Positions 30,198 to 40,357 of a DNA stretch of 64,000 nt are shown piece after piece. The stretch lies in the NCBI GenBank assembly GCA_035479015.1, contig DATIJC010000020.1:4365-68364 (forward strand), written 5' to 3'. The stretch is from Patescibacteria group bacterium. GTDB taxonomy: Bacteria; Patescibacteriota; Microgenomatia; UBA1400; UBA12028. The position numbers and the translations under genes are program-made. Positions within the stretch are counted from its first letter, which is position 1, and each line of letters opens with the position of its first letter. Under the pieces are notes generated by a model. The model searched no databases. It was not told the origin of the DNA and was given only the letters and a program-made list of their open reading frames with translations.

Positions 30198-31275
30198 CAC
30201 CTGCCTTATCATCACTGATAAACAGATTATCATGGCTATCGTACTCAACATCTACAGGTCGGCCGATCACAGCGTTACCTGAGATAAATCCAGTAATGAA
30301 ATCTTGTGATCCTGTGATTGAATTACCCTTCACGGTCAGTTTCACGATCTTATAGCCATCAGGTACTGACCTATTCCAAGATCCGTGGTATGCGACTAGC
30401 AAATTGCCATCGGGATCAAATGTCAACCCAAGCGGGGCTGAATGTGCAGGAATTTTATAGACCGGTGGAATTGTATTTGCACACACACTCGAATCATGTG
30501 ATGCTCCCTTTGTATCAAATACTTTGTCTCCATAACAATTGGGCCAGCCGTAATTACCTCCTTCACTGAATATATTAATTTCGTCCGGCGGAATATCATC
30601 TCCTAAGAAATCTCTACCCATCTCTGTTCCCCAAATTGCACCAGTTTTAGGGTTCTTAGTGATAAACACGCTATTTCGAAGACCTTTGGAAAAGATTTTT
30701 ACACTCTTCCCATCCGTGCTCGTCTGCATAATTGCCGCCAATCGATCATCTTTTTCATTACACACATCGCAAGTAGAGCCTACTGAAACATAAAAATTTC
30801 CCTGGTCGTCAAAAACTAGTGAACGCGTGAAATGCCTGCCGCCAGTAGGCAGAGACAGTACTTTGTTATCATAGATTGCGGTCAGATTTTGCTCGTCAAG
30901 CACATACCGGTTCACAGATGTCTCTTGCGCAACATATAAAAATCCGTCACGGATAGCTAGGCCATGGGGTCGCTTCAAGTTGGATAATAGTGTGTGCACT
31001 GAAAAATCAGAAAGATTTATCGCATCCACTTTGCCACCATTCATCTCTGATACATAGAGAATGCCGCCATGCACTAGTAGATCGCGGGGAGTATTTAAAT
31101 TTTCGACCACGGTTCGAACTGCGTATCCGGTAGGGACTTTCAGAGTGGACACTTCCCTACCAAATAGTTTTGTGGGCACAGGAATTACAGGAGAAACAGC
31201 TACGTGCTGGTTTCTAGCCACCACGCCTACACCCAGCAAGAAAAGAAGAATGACTAGAAGTGCTATCTTTTTCAC
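30154..31275 (-). CDS. soluble PQQ-type glucose/sorbosone dehydrogenase family beta-propeller protein (secreted)
   Basis: Signal peptide. RPHGLAIRDGFLYV and GGNYGWP blocks are typical of the GSDH family. Confidence 0.75.
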   Translation of the reverse strand: MKKIALLVILLFLLGVGVVARNQHVAVSPVIPVPTKLFGREVSTLKVPTGYAVRTVVENLNTPRDLLVHGGILYVSEMNGGKVDAINLSDFSVHTLLSNLKRPHGLAIRDGFLYVAQETSVNRYVLDEQNLTAIYDNKVLSLPTGGRHFTRSLVFDDQGNFYVSVGSTCDVCNEKDDRLAAIMQTSTDGKSVKIFSKGLRNSVFITKNPKTGAIWGTEMGRDFLGDDIPPDEINIFSEGGNYGWPNCYGDKVFDTKGASHDSSVCANTIPPVYKIPAHSAPLGLTFDPDGNLLVAYHGSWNRSVPDGYKIVKLTVKGNSITGSQDFITGFISGNAVIGRPVDVEYDSHDNLFISDDKAGVIYRVTKDVLGTQK

Positions 31276-31327
31276 AATTCCATAATAGCTAATTTAGCAA
31301 AAGATTGCTAGAATTCCCTCTAGAAAA

Positions 31328-31398
31328 GCCCTTTTAGTTCAGTGGCAGAACAGCGGTATCGTAAACCGCGGACGTCAGTTCGATTCTGACAAAGGGCT
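31328..31398 (+). tRNA. tRNA-Thr (anticodon CGT)
   Basis: GCCCTTT/AAAGGGC acceptor, anticodon loop ATCGTAA, T-arm GTCAGTTCGATTCTGAC. Confidence 0.85.
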
Positions 31399-31430
31399 CA
31401 CTCTGGCAAGCTGGGTGCTACAATGATCTT

Positions 31431-32141
31431 ATGTCCTATTCCCGTCTTGAAACCCACGAACGAACCACGCTTATCCGCCAGATAGTATTTTTCTTAGGTG
31501 CCGGTGCCGGCTTGATCCTTGTGTTCATGCTGGTAGTCATGCCCTTATCCATCCAGATCCTTGCACGGATGCACGTGTCATCCAAAATTACAGTGGATAA
31601 TCAAAGCTCTGTACCACCGAGTAAACCTTTTTTGGAACAACCGTTTAATGCCACAAATAGTGCACAGATTAGTTTGCGAGGAGTAGCTCAGTCGGGCAGC
31701 AAGATCCTATTGTTCCAAAACAATTCGCAGATTCAAGAGTCCACTGCATCTGATGACGGTTCATTTACATTTGACAACATAACGCTTGCGACAGATTCCA
31801 ATGTATTCAATGCATATGCAGAAAATGAAAAAGGCCTGCGCAGCACACCTTCAGAGAGTATAACTATTGCCTACATCACTAAGGCTCCCTCTCTTGCTAT
31901 TGATTCGCCTGCAGACGGTACAGTAATCACAGCTAGCAAACAAAATCCGATAACTATTAAAGGCAAGACAGATCCTGGCAGTAAGATACTCATTCAAGAT
32001 CAAGTCACCTTTGTATCTTCAGATGGATCATTTTCGGGCCAAGTGCAATTAGTTCAGGGAGTAAATGCCATCGTTGTGAAAGCAATCAACGCCGCGACTT
32101 TGGAGACCGACCAGACACTAAACTTGCGCTATATCCCATAG
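31431..32141 (+). CDS. membrane-anchored protein with two Ig-like (bacterial Ig) repeats
   Basis: N-terminal TM helix. Two roughly 75-aa internally similar beta-rich repeats (GSKILLFQNNSQ.../GSKILIQDQVTF...). Confidence 0.5.
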   Translation: MSYSRLETHERTTLIRQIVFFLGAGAGLILVFMLVVMPLSIQILARMHVSSKITVDNQSSVPPSKPFLEQPFNATNSAQISLRGVAQSGSKILLFQNNSQIQESTASDDGSFTFDNITLATDSNVFNAYAENEKGLRSTPSESITIAYITKAPSLAIDSPADGTVITASKQNPITIKGKTDPGSKILIQDQVTFVSSDGSFSGQVQLVQGVNAIVVKAINAATLETDQTLNLRYIP

Positions 32142-33210
32142 TCAGTGAGAGAAACAATAGAACTGCTGGGTAAAAAAGCACATTACTAAAAAGAGAGCCA
32201 ACTGCAAAAGTAGCCCCTATTAGCATTGCGTCTTTACCCCAACGAGCGGTCTTTAGCTGAACCAGTAGTAAACCCACCCACAAGATCATTCCAATGATCC
32301 CAAGTGAAGAAAACAAAAATAAAAGCGAGTTATCAGGAGCACTGGCATGGTTTGGAACAATGATTCGCTGGTATGAGCTGACGGGTTTAACATCACGCAG
32401 TGAATACCAACCGTTACCCAAAATTACAGTGGATAAATTTAAATTGGAAACAGACGCGCTCATGCTCTCCACCCGTGAGTTAATACTAGCAGTTCTCTCT
32501 AACCTTGCTCCCTCACTAGAGGGTCTGGGGAGCAGCAAAATTCCAATCATAAATGCTGCCAACAAACCTAGATAAATCTTTTGCCTGTAGATGATAAACA
32601 ACCCTATCATCCCGACTGCGAACGCCACGTATCCGGCACGGGAATACGTAAGCAGAAGTGCGACGATACAAAGAGCCAAAGGGACTTTCAAATTCTTTTT
32701 TGTGATAATAATTCCGCCGACCAAGAGTGCTGCAAAGAAATTCGGATCAAAAATCGTACTGATAGCGCGGAAGTAATGATCATCCCAACCTAAGAATTTT
32801 AAAAGCCGTACGTCCGGCACAAAAATGTATTGGAGGATTCCAATAATTGCCAAACCCATTATCCAAAAAACAATACTTTTCTTAATCTCATCACCTAAAA
32901 TAATCTTTTGTTTCACGCTTTCTACTAACAGCCACCCAAAATATACGTATATCCCAAAGCGCATCGTATATGCTGCTCCTGCTAGAGAGAAATGACCCAT
33001 GATAACTGTCCACGCCAAGAATACGATCAGTGCTGCAGGAGGAATCACTAATTTTTTAAATAAAACAAAATACACATCAAACAGTAAGATTAAAAAGTCT
33101 GCGAGTGTGAAGGCAATAGAGTTCGTGATTTGCACTCTACCCAGTTGGCCTAGGACAGACACTCCTATCAGGAGTAAAAATAACACCCGTACTACAGCGT
33201 TATGCTTCAT
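32086..33210 (-). CDS. O-antigen ligase / Wzy-like polymerase family membrane protein
   Basis: Ten or more TM helices. LLTYSRAGYVAF block and a large periplasmic loop. Confidence 0.65.
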   Translation of the reverse strand: MKHNAVVRVLFLLLIGVSVLGQLGRVQITNSIAFTLADFLILLFDVYFVLFKKLVIPPAALIVFLAWTVIMGHFSLAGAAYTMRFGIYVYFGWLLVESVKQKIILGDEIKKSIVFWIMGLAIIGILQYIFVPDVRLLKFLGWDDHYFRAISTIFDPNFFAALLVGGIIITKKNLKVPLALCIVALLLTYSRAGYVAFAVGMIGLFIIYRQKIYLGLLAAFMIGILLLPRPSSEGARLERTASINSRVESMSASVSNLNLSTVILGNGWYSLRDVKPVSSYQRIIVPNHASAPDNSLLFLFSSLGIIGMILWVGLLLVQLKTARWGKDAMLIGATFAVGSLFSNVLFYPAVLLFLSLTMGYSASLVSGRSPKSRR

Positions 33211-33937
33211 ATTTTTCTAATATAAAAATCCGCACACAGAGCGAGTGCAGGCTCATGGCCCATGCATAGATGAGTCCTGGTACTCCGTCCAAAAAACCTA
33301 ATCTTAAAAAATAGTTATGCACAAATTTTGCTGGTGGGAATAGAATTAATTGCACGAAAGTAATAACCTGAGTTTGTTGCCGGTTTTTGGATTCAAGTTC
33401 CGCATACATTGTAATATCAGAAATAAACTCAGAAACTGTTTGGTGCGGGTAATGCTGTAATGCTCCATCGAGTTTACCGATTCCGCCCGTTATTTGCCAA
33501 ATCTCATGTACATTTCGGATCCACTTTCCTGCGGATTTTTTAGCGAGGCGCAGTATCCACACATTTCCTACCTCCCCGTGCAAGAGTTTTCTGCCCATAA
33601 AAATGTCTGTGCGTCGTATCAAGTAACCATTCAACTCCGACCCAATAGACTTTTCGATTGACTGGACCAACTGATCGCTTACTACTTCATCTGAGTCGAC
33701 AAACAACACCCATTCATGGGTTGCGTGCTGCATAGCAAAGTTCCGCTTGGCGGCAAACCCAAGACCCGGAGGGAGATGCAAAATCTTTGCACCAAACTTT
33801 TTAGCAATTTCCGTGCTATTGTCCGTCGACCCATCATCAGCCAGAATAATCTCGTCACAAAACTCTAAGGATTTTAGTGTCCGCTCTAGAGAGTTAGAAG
33901 CATTTTTACAGAGAATGATCGCAGATATATTTATCAT
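33200..33937 (-). CDS. glycosyltransferase family 2
   Basis: ISAIILCKNASNSL...ILADDGSTDNS...FVDSDE. Confidence 0.85.
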   Translation of the reverse strand: MINISAIILCKNASNSLERTLKSLEFCDEIILADDGSTDNSTEIAKKFGAKILHLPPGLGFAAKRNFAMQHATHEWVLFVDSDEVVSDQLVQSIEKSIGSELNGYLIRRTDIFMGRKLLHGEVGNVWILRLAKKSAGKWIRNVHEIWQITGGIGKLDGALQHYPHQTVSEFISDITMYAELESKNRQQTQVITFVQLILFPPAKFVHNYFLRLGFLDGVPGLIYAWAMSLHSLCVRIFILEKYEA

Positions 33938-35340
33938 AATGCTTTAAACATGTACGGACCGTTAGTAGAAAAACTCTTATCCTCTGCCCACGGCGCAATG
34001 GCCGGCTCAAGTTCGATGGTTCGGCAAGGCTTGTACCCTCTGTCAGCCAACAAGAAGCGCACATTATCCCAATAACTAGGGAATGTTTGTTCTTGCTCCT
34101 GTGAGACTACATTTATGCATTGGCCATTTGAAAGGGATAGCATCGACGTCACTGTCTGTTGCTGCAAAGATAGCGCCGCCCCAAAGCGCCTACTCGCAGC
34201 ATCAGTTTCACCTCGTTGTAATAAGAAAAAGTGATTACTCAAAATCACCTGAAGAGATAATCCTAAAAGCACAATTGCCACAAGCAGTGTTGCCCAACGA
34301 ATCGCCCGCACGGTGTTCGCCAGTGCAAATCCAATAATGATTGGTGCCAAAGTTATGAGAGGCGGAAAGTAGGCTTCCGATGGTGACGAATGTATAAAGA
34401 AGGACGCGAATAACAAACAAAAAGCAACGAATGATAAACGAATTACTTCATTCATTCGTTTCCAAAGAAGAATACACAAAGTAAGTGAAAAAACCGTGAT
34501 GAATATCCAGAATGACATATCTTCAAGTGTTCCCCTCTCAGAAAATATTTTCAGGTAGTATGTGAGGATCGAAGTGCTAGTTTCGGCAACCGTAGCTTCA
34601 CGTATGTGGGGAATAAATGCACTGACTATCCGATATCCTACCCATATGATAAATAATCCCAGCTGTGAAAATTTATGGGTGAAATCATAAATAATTTCAG
34701 GAAGCAGTCCCAACACAATTCCTATAATCCATGATCTGCAATCTACAATCTTATGTCCTTTACTCCACCAAACAAATGCAACTAAAAGTACCAGCGGAAA
34801 AGTAGCAAGCTCACTGTTAAACAGCAGCGCAAATAGTAATCCTGATCCGAAAGCACCCCATTTTTTATTCTCAAAGAAGCGCTGTAACTGCCATAGATAC
34901 AACACGATGAGTAAAGGAATGGGGTTAACCACAAAAGGCATCCGACTATGAAGTATGGCCATTGGTGAAAGTGCCAGCAACAGACTTGCGATTTGTGCAG
35001 CTCGCTTTTTTATTGGTAAGAGCAAGAGATACACTGCTATAATTGCCGAAATTCCAAAAAGAGTAGACATCACACTGACGGCGAAAATGCTTCCATTGCC
35101 TATCCATAGTGTGATAGCACTAATCCAAATATACAGCGGCCCCTGACGAAAACGGGGCAAACTGGAGGGAATACCTAATAAAGGAATGTAATGGTCCGTT
35201 AGCATGCGCCGCGCTTCTAATAAATCTCTTCCCTGATCACCGATAAATATCATGTCGCTGTTTAAATGGTAGAAGCGGATAGAGACCGCAACGATCAGTA
35301 TGAGAAAGAATACCCAGTGACGGAGAAAGACGGCTTTCAT
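33934..35340 (-). CDS. ArnT/PMT-like membrane glycosyltransferase (GT39/GT83-type)
   Basis: Multi-TM protein with an N-terminal periplasmic loop motif FIGDQGRDLLEARRM, similar to dolichyl/undecaprenyl-phosphate sugar transferases. Confidence 0.6.
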   Translation of the reverse strand: MKAVFLRHWVFFLILIVAVSIRFYHLNSDMIFIGDQGRDLLEARRMLTDHYIPLLGIPSSLPRFRQGPLYIWISAITLWIGNGSIFAVSVMSTLFGISAIIAVYLLLLPIKKRAAQIASLLLALSPMAILHSRMPFVVNPIPLLIVLYLWQLQRFFENKKWGAFGSGLLFALLFNSELATFPLVLLVAFVWWSKGHKIVDCRSWIIGIVLGLLPEIIYDFTHKFSQLGLFIIWVGYRIVSAFIPHIREATVAETSTSILTYYLKIFSERGTLEDMSFWIFITVFSLTLCILLWKRMNEVIRLSFVAFCLLFASFFIHSSPSEAYFPPLITLAPIIIGFALANTVRAIRWATLLVAIVLLGLSLQVILSNHFFLLQRGETDAASRRFGAALSLQQQTVTSMLSLSNGQCINVVSQEQEQTFPSYWDNVRFLLADRGYKPCRTIELEPAIAPWAEDKSFSTNGPYMFKAL

Positions 35341-35344
35341 AACC

Positions 35345-36580
35345 TTACGTCCTTGGATTCAAATCTATCATTCTATAGGCACGCCAAAAGAAAAATGGCT
35401 GGATGAGTACTTTCGCAACTAGCACTGCAGTAGCAGCGCCGGTTATACCAAATCTTGAAGTAAAAAGCAGCAGAGCGGTGATCAGACATACTAAACCTAT
35501 GGAGTAAATGACCGTTAATTCCTTAATATGATTTTTTGCCAGGAACAACGGGCTAAAGAGTATATCCATACCATTGAGCCACGCCGACAGTGAAAGGAAT
35601 GCGAATAACGGTAGTGCTGGCCGCCACTTATCATGAAGGAAGAAAATAATGAGTTCTTGAAAAATGTGAGTGTTTAAAAGAATGACTGGAATCAACATCA
35701 CTAGAGCGGCAGGCAAAATCACACGAATAACTGCTTTGCGGATACGGTGCTCATCGCCAACAATTCGTCCATAGATTGGCAGCAACACCTGCGAGAATGA
35801 CGTGCCTACTTCCGTTACTGCTGAACGGGTAAAGTTAAATGCAGTTTGGTAATACCCAAGTTGCGTAGCTCCGAGCACTCGGCCCACGATAATGTTATCG
35901 ATATTTTGTTCTGCAAATGTCACTACACCAGCGAGATTCACCCACTTGCCCGGGTTAATGATCTCCATTGCGATTTTTTTATTAAATGAGAATTTGGGCC
36001 AAGGTCGCAGTAATACGTATGAGCTGATTACTTCAGCGACTGCTGCAATCAGCATTCCCCAGATTAAGCTCAACGCATTATGAAATCTATATACAAGTAG
36101 TATCGAAGATACTACATCAACCAATATCAATCCTAACCGGAAAAATGCTTCTTTATGATATTTTAGGTCTTTTACAAATGATGCCTCAGCCGGATTGATA
36201 AAGCCTTTCGTGATAGGAATGACTGCGGCCCAAATAAGCAGGATGAAAAGTCCGGGATCGCGGAAGAATTGCGGCAGTACAAATGATGAGCTAAACAGAA
36301 TGAGTGAAATGATGATTCCACGGGCAACAGATACAAAAAAGGCTGTGTCGATAAAGTGCGTCAATGGTTTTTTGTCGCGGATCAAGACTATGTTTATTCC
36401 GGTCTCAGTCAGCATTTCTAAAAAACCAAGTGCAATGGCAGCGAGACCAAATAGTCCCACTTCGCGAGGCGAGAGGAATCTGTACGCTACAAGTACCTTA
36501 AAAAAGACAATCGCTTTCGCCCCGAAGCGGAAAAATCCTATCCATCCCAAACCCTTGGCTACGTCACGTGTATATCCCAT
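35345..36580 (-). CDS. Wzx-type oligosaccharide flippase (polysaccharide biosynthesis protein family)
   Basis: About 12 TM helices and Wzx-like N-terminal blocks. Confidence 0.75.
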   Translation of the reverse strand: MGYTRDVAKGLGWIGFFRFGAKAIVFFKVLVAYRFLSPREVGLFGLAAIALGFLEMLTETGINIVLIRDKKPLTHFIDTAFFVSVARGIIISLILFSSSFVLPQFFRDPGLFILLIWAAVIPITKGFINPAEASFVKDLKYHKEAFFRLGLILVDVVSSILLVYRFHNALSLIWGMLIAAVAEVISSYVLLRPWPKFSFNKKIAMEIINPGKWVNLAGVVTFAEQNIDNIIVGRVLGATQLGYYQTAFNFTRSAVTEVGTSFSQVLLPIYGRIVGDEHRIRKAVIRVILPAALVMLIPVILLNTHIFQELIIFFLHDKWRPALPLFAFLSLSAWLNGMDILFSPLFLAKNHIKELTVIYSIGLVCLITALLLFTSRFGITGAATAVLVAKVLIQPFFFWRAYRMIDLNPRT

Positions 36581-36584
36581 AGCA

Positions 36585-37559
36585 CTATTGTAACAGTCCT
36601 ACTGCAGTTGCGGTCATGACACAGAGATCACTTAATATTTGCAGGACCGGCAAGATGAACACTGCACGCCCGTCACGCACATATCTATAATTCTTCACTA
36701 TGCTGTAGACGATATAGACAATGCTCAGCTGAAGCGTGAAAAACCAGAGAGGCCAGAAGTATAGTGAAAGTAGCATAAGTCCAATAAAAAAGAAATAACG
36801 GACAAAAATAAATGCTACTTTGGGGCGGAAGATTTTGTTATACGCATCACCATACGCATGCTCATAAATCATCCTTGCAAACGAAGAAAGATTGCCCCGA
36901 GGCCTCCAGTAGACGACAGCATCAGCCACTACGTGAATCTTAATTCGTGAATCGTGAATCTTCCGCGCTAATGCATAGTCTTCAGCATAGCGGAAATCTT
37001 CGTCAAACTTCCCTATTTCCTGCCAAACTTTTTTCGTGATACCCATGCTACGGGTAGCCGGCAGGAAAGTTTTGACATTTAATTTATCTGGCATGACCAG
37101 AGCATAAGGCGCTACACATTTTTCAAATGTATTTTTGCAGTCAGCCGCGTAGTAGCCCGCAACCACATCTGCCTTCTCAAATCCCTCCTTCATCCGCTCT
37201 ACCCAGTGTTCTTCCAGCGTGCACCCAGCATCAGTGATTAAAATATGTTCATGCTTTGCCGCCGTTATCGCTTTATTTCTCCCCACAGATCTATTTGCAT
37301 CTGCCGGCAAATCAATAAAACGAACTGTTTTTTTGTTTTTATATTTTGTCAGCCATCCGACGGATTGCATTTCAGAATTGCCTCCAGCATCTGTAAACAC
37401 AAACTCATCAGGTCCGATTGTTTGTTTCGATATCGATTCCAAAAGACTAGAGATGTCTGCCTCGTTCTTTATCGTAATAATCAGTGATACTTTCATTTTA
37501 GTTTCCATAGTTTGTAGTACGTCTCCGCTGCTTTCTCCCATGTTTGTTCCTTGGCCCAA
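36585..37559 (-). CDS. glycosyltransferase family 2 with C-terminal TM anchor
   Basis: VSLIITIKNEADIS... DAGCT... and a C-terminal hydrophobic region. Confidence 0.8.
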   Translation of the reverse strand: MGQGTNMGESSGDVLQTMETKMKVSLIITIKNEADISSLLESISKQTIGPDEFVFTDAGGNSEMQSVGWLTKYKNKKTVRFIDLPADANRSVGRNKAITAAKHEHILITDAGCTLEEHWVERMKEGFEKADVVAGYYAADCKNTFEKCVAPYALVMPDKLNVKTFLPATRSMGITKKVWQEIGKFDEDFRYAEDYALARKIHDSRIKIHVVADAVVYWRPRGNLSSFARMIYEHAYGDAYNKIFRPKVAFIFVRYFFFIGLMLLSLYFWPLWFFTLQLSIVYIVYSIVKNYRYVRDGRAVFILPVLQILSDLCVMTATAVGLLQ

Positions 37560-38512
37560 TTGTAGGCGGCATTGACATCAGTTTTCGTTTTTTTCTTGTC
37601 CTTAGTAATTTTTTCTAGATTTGATCGTATTTCTTCTGATGTGTGCGCAATGTTCACCCAAGAATGAAATGGGGTGGTCATCAGATAATCATATTTAATC
37701 TCGTTGTTGTAGTGTGCGATCACAGGAACTTTAGATATGAAGGCTTCAAGTATAGATAGGTATCGGGAAACAAAAGCTACTTTATAATTTTTAACTTTAT
37801 CTGCCGCAACAGCGACAAATCCAAAGAAGGTAACATCTACTTTTAGCTCCATCGCCAATTTCTTCGCCTCTTCCATTTGCGGACCATCACCGAATACATC
37901 CAACGTTAATTTCGTGCCCTTTAATGATTTAATGTACTCGGTAATTCCGGTATCTTCTTGTAATCTGCCGATAAAAATGGCTTTTGGATTTTTTGATTTG
38001 TTTAGTTTACTGGCCGGATCAACCCCACCAAAGATCACATAATTAGGACTAGTCCCATACCATTTTGTGTAGAACCCACCCACACAAATATTACCAACGG
38101 TTAGCTTTTCGCCCAGCTTATGCCAAAATTTTTGTTTCAATGTGGGTAATTCGAACCCCTCATATCCATGAAATGTTATAAATAATTTGGGCAACTTGAA
38201 AATTAGTAATGGTATTATCCAAAAAAACACATCGTGAAAATGAATTACGTCAAACCCTTGCAACCAAGTCTTGTGTTTTATCATCCATTTCCAGATTTTC
38301 CATTTTTTGTTTTTTTCATTAGTACCTGAAGTATCGATGCGATGAATTTTTATACCTTGATATACCTCCTCATTGCTAAGCTTGCCTTCGTTGTCTTCTG
38401 TCAACACGAAAACCTCGTTATTTCTCATTAATAGCTTGGAAAACTCCTCTATATGTTTTTCTATACCTCCGATGTTTGGATAATAAGATCGTGTAATGTG
38501 AAGGATTTTCAT
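37493..38512 (-). CDS. glycosyltransferase family 1 (GT4)
   Basis: MKILHITRSYYPNIGGIEKHI... N-terminus and GT4 fold blocks. Confidence 0.8.
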   Translation of the reverse strand: MKILHITRSYYPNIGGIEKHIEEFSKLLMRNNEVFVLTEDNEGKLSNEEVYQGIKIHRIDTSGTNEKNKKWKIWKWMIKHKTWLQGFDVIHFHDVFFWIIPLLIFKLPKLFITFHGYEGFELPTLKQKFWHKLGEKLTVGNICVGGFYTKWYGTSPNYVIFGGVDPASKLNKSKNPKAIFIGRLQEDTGITEYIKSLKGTKLTLDVFGDGPQMEEAKKLAMELKVDVTFFGFVAVAADKVKNYKVAFVSRYLSILEAFISKVPVIAHYNNEIKYDYLMTTPFHSWVNIAHTSEEIRSNLEKITKDKKKTKTDVNAAYNWAKEQTWEKAAETYYKLWKLK

Positions 38513-38564
38513 ACTGCAACTCTGCCTATTGACACACAGCTAAACATCAGTATTACTTAATCTA

Positions 38565-40343
38565 ATGTTAAGTAAATATTGTACAGTTAATGCTTTCATT
38601 TCTTTTGCAATAGTTTTCTTTCTGTTCTTATTGATTATACCTGGTCTGAGCCTAGCTTGGGCCTCAAATATCGTATTTAGCGATAACTTTAGCTCTCCAA
38701 CAAACGGCATTCTGCTTGAATCATATAATCCTCTTTGGCATCGCTACGATACCTCTACTTCCCAGGTTCATATAATAAATAATCTTGCAGTAAGTGATGA
38801 CGGGGCAAACAGTCTATACACTCTCCCTTCAGTCCAGTCTCAAAACCTCTGTGTTCAAGTTGATTATATGGTCAAACAAAATTTTGAAGAATTTTTAGAC
38901 TTATCTACCCGCTACCACGGAGTAAGCGGTCAGCCGCTCGTGCAGTTTATGTTTTATGGAAATGGACAAGGATTCACCCATGCTTATGGAACAGGTGTCG
39001 ACTTTACTGGTACTTTCCCAATAGGTGTCTCTAATGGAATTCACACGCTAACTTTTTGCGAGATATCAAATAATTTAACTTGGTATATTGATGGAACAAT
39101 ACATGGAAACTTCACGGATCCCAATCCAATAGCCGTAGGAGTAACTGATTTTTCTGCCTCACATGCTTCAAACTTTGATAACTTCAAAGTCTTTGATGGG
39201 ATACCCGCCTTCGAACAAATGCAACCGGGGGCGATAGAGCCCCCAGCACCAACTCCTTTCCCCTATTATCTTCAAACAGACCCGCGTTGGAAAAACGAAA
39301 TCTATGATAAGGCAGATATTTGGTCGCCAACAGCGGTGAGTTTTGAGCGATGGGGCTGCGCCGTCACAGACATGAGCATGATACTCAAATATCATGGCAT
39401 CAATACACTTCCAGACGGTCATGAGTCAACACCAGGCAACTTAAACGCCTGGCTCAAATCCCAACCTGATGGATACATTCGTGACGGAATGCTTAATTGG
39501 CACGCAATCAGTAGAGCAACAAAATGGGCGCACACGCAAGATAGTGCCGTCCCTACACTCGAGTATCAAATTGGGGGTAATTCATTAAGTGAATTGCAAA
39601 CAGAACTTGATGCTCATAGACCTGCGATTTTGGATGTGACTGGTCATTTTGTCGTCGGATATAAATTTACATCTCCCGCGACCTATCTAATCCGTGATCC
39701 GTTCTATGAGACGAAGACAACACTAGGAAGCTATTCAAATACATTCGCGTCTATACGTAAATTCTATCCTACTAGCTCTGATTTAAGCTATATCAGCGTG
39801 TATGCTGACCCAGACATCAGCGCTACTCTTGATCATGGAGCGCCGCAGGTCGGAATCCAAGACCCCATCACTGATCCGTTAACAGGCAATAGTTCATCCC
39901 CTTTTTCGTATCTTGAGCTATACCAACCAAACGATGGCATATACGAATTAACACTCACTCAAAATAGTCCGGGCGAAGGCACTTTTGTGATATACGCATA
40001 TAATGAATTCGGGGAACAAACCAATCTCTCCCAGACGGTCTTATTCAGGCAATCACCGATCTCGTTTCGTATTCATTTTTCTAAACAGGGAGCGTCTACA
40101 ATCGAGCGTGAGCTGAATTTCCGGTATCTTCAGGCGGAAGTCTCACAATTTTATGGACCCGGGAAAAACCTGCTTGCATTACTTGCCAACAGTGAACGTG
40201 AATATCCAAGTAACACTCTGCTTTCATCACGGTCATTCAAACAATTCATGATGAATTTACAGGTACATCAGAAGCAAATTCTTCCCGCTGACTATGCACT
40301 ACTTCTGTCAGATTCTCAGTTGCTCTACAACCAACTGTATTAA
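38565..40343 (+). CDS. secreted 592-aa protein with a central peptidase C39-like domain
   Basis: Signal/TM at the N-terminus. Q..WGCAVTDMSMILKYHG Cys block and downstream HFVVGY. Confidence 0.6.
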   Translation: MLSKYCTVNAFISFAIVFFLFLLIIPGLSLAWASNIVFSDNFSSPTNGILLESYNPLWHRYDTSTSQVHIINNLAVSDDGANSLYTLPSVQSQNLCVQVDYMVKQNFEEFLDLSTRYHGVSGQPLVQFMFYGNGQGFTHAYGTGVDFTGTFPIGVSNGIHTLTFCEISNNLTWYIDGTIHGNFTDPNPIAVGVTDFSASHASNFDNFKVFDGIPAFEQMQPGAIEPPAPTPFPYYLQTDPRWKNEIYDKADIWSPTAVSFERWGCAVTDMSMILKYHGINTLPDGHESTPGNLNAWLKSQPDGYIRDGMLNWHAISRATKWAHTQDSAVPTLEYQIGGNSLSELQTELDAHRPAILDVTGHFVVGYKFTSPATYLIRDPFYETKTTLGSYSNTFASIRKFYPTSSDLSYISVYADPDISATLDHGAPQVGIQDPITDPLTGNSSSPFSYLELYQPNDGIYELTLTQNSPGEGTFVIYAYNEFGEQTNLSQTVLFRQSPISFRIHFSKQGASTIERELNFRYLQAEVSQFYGPGKNLLALLANSEREYPSNTLLSSRSFKQFMMNLQVHQKQILPADYALLLSDSQLLYNQLY

Positions 40344-40357
40344 CGTATAATACAGGC

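Noticed and set aside
28701-31398. Integrative element or prophage at the tRNA-Gly and tRNA-Thr pair
   Set aside because: No integrase, recombinase, phage structural gene or att-like direct repeat of the tRNA 3' ends was found. Only noted as a low-interest islet.
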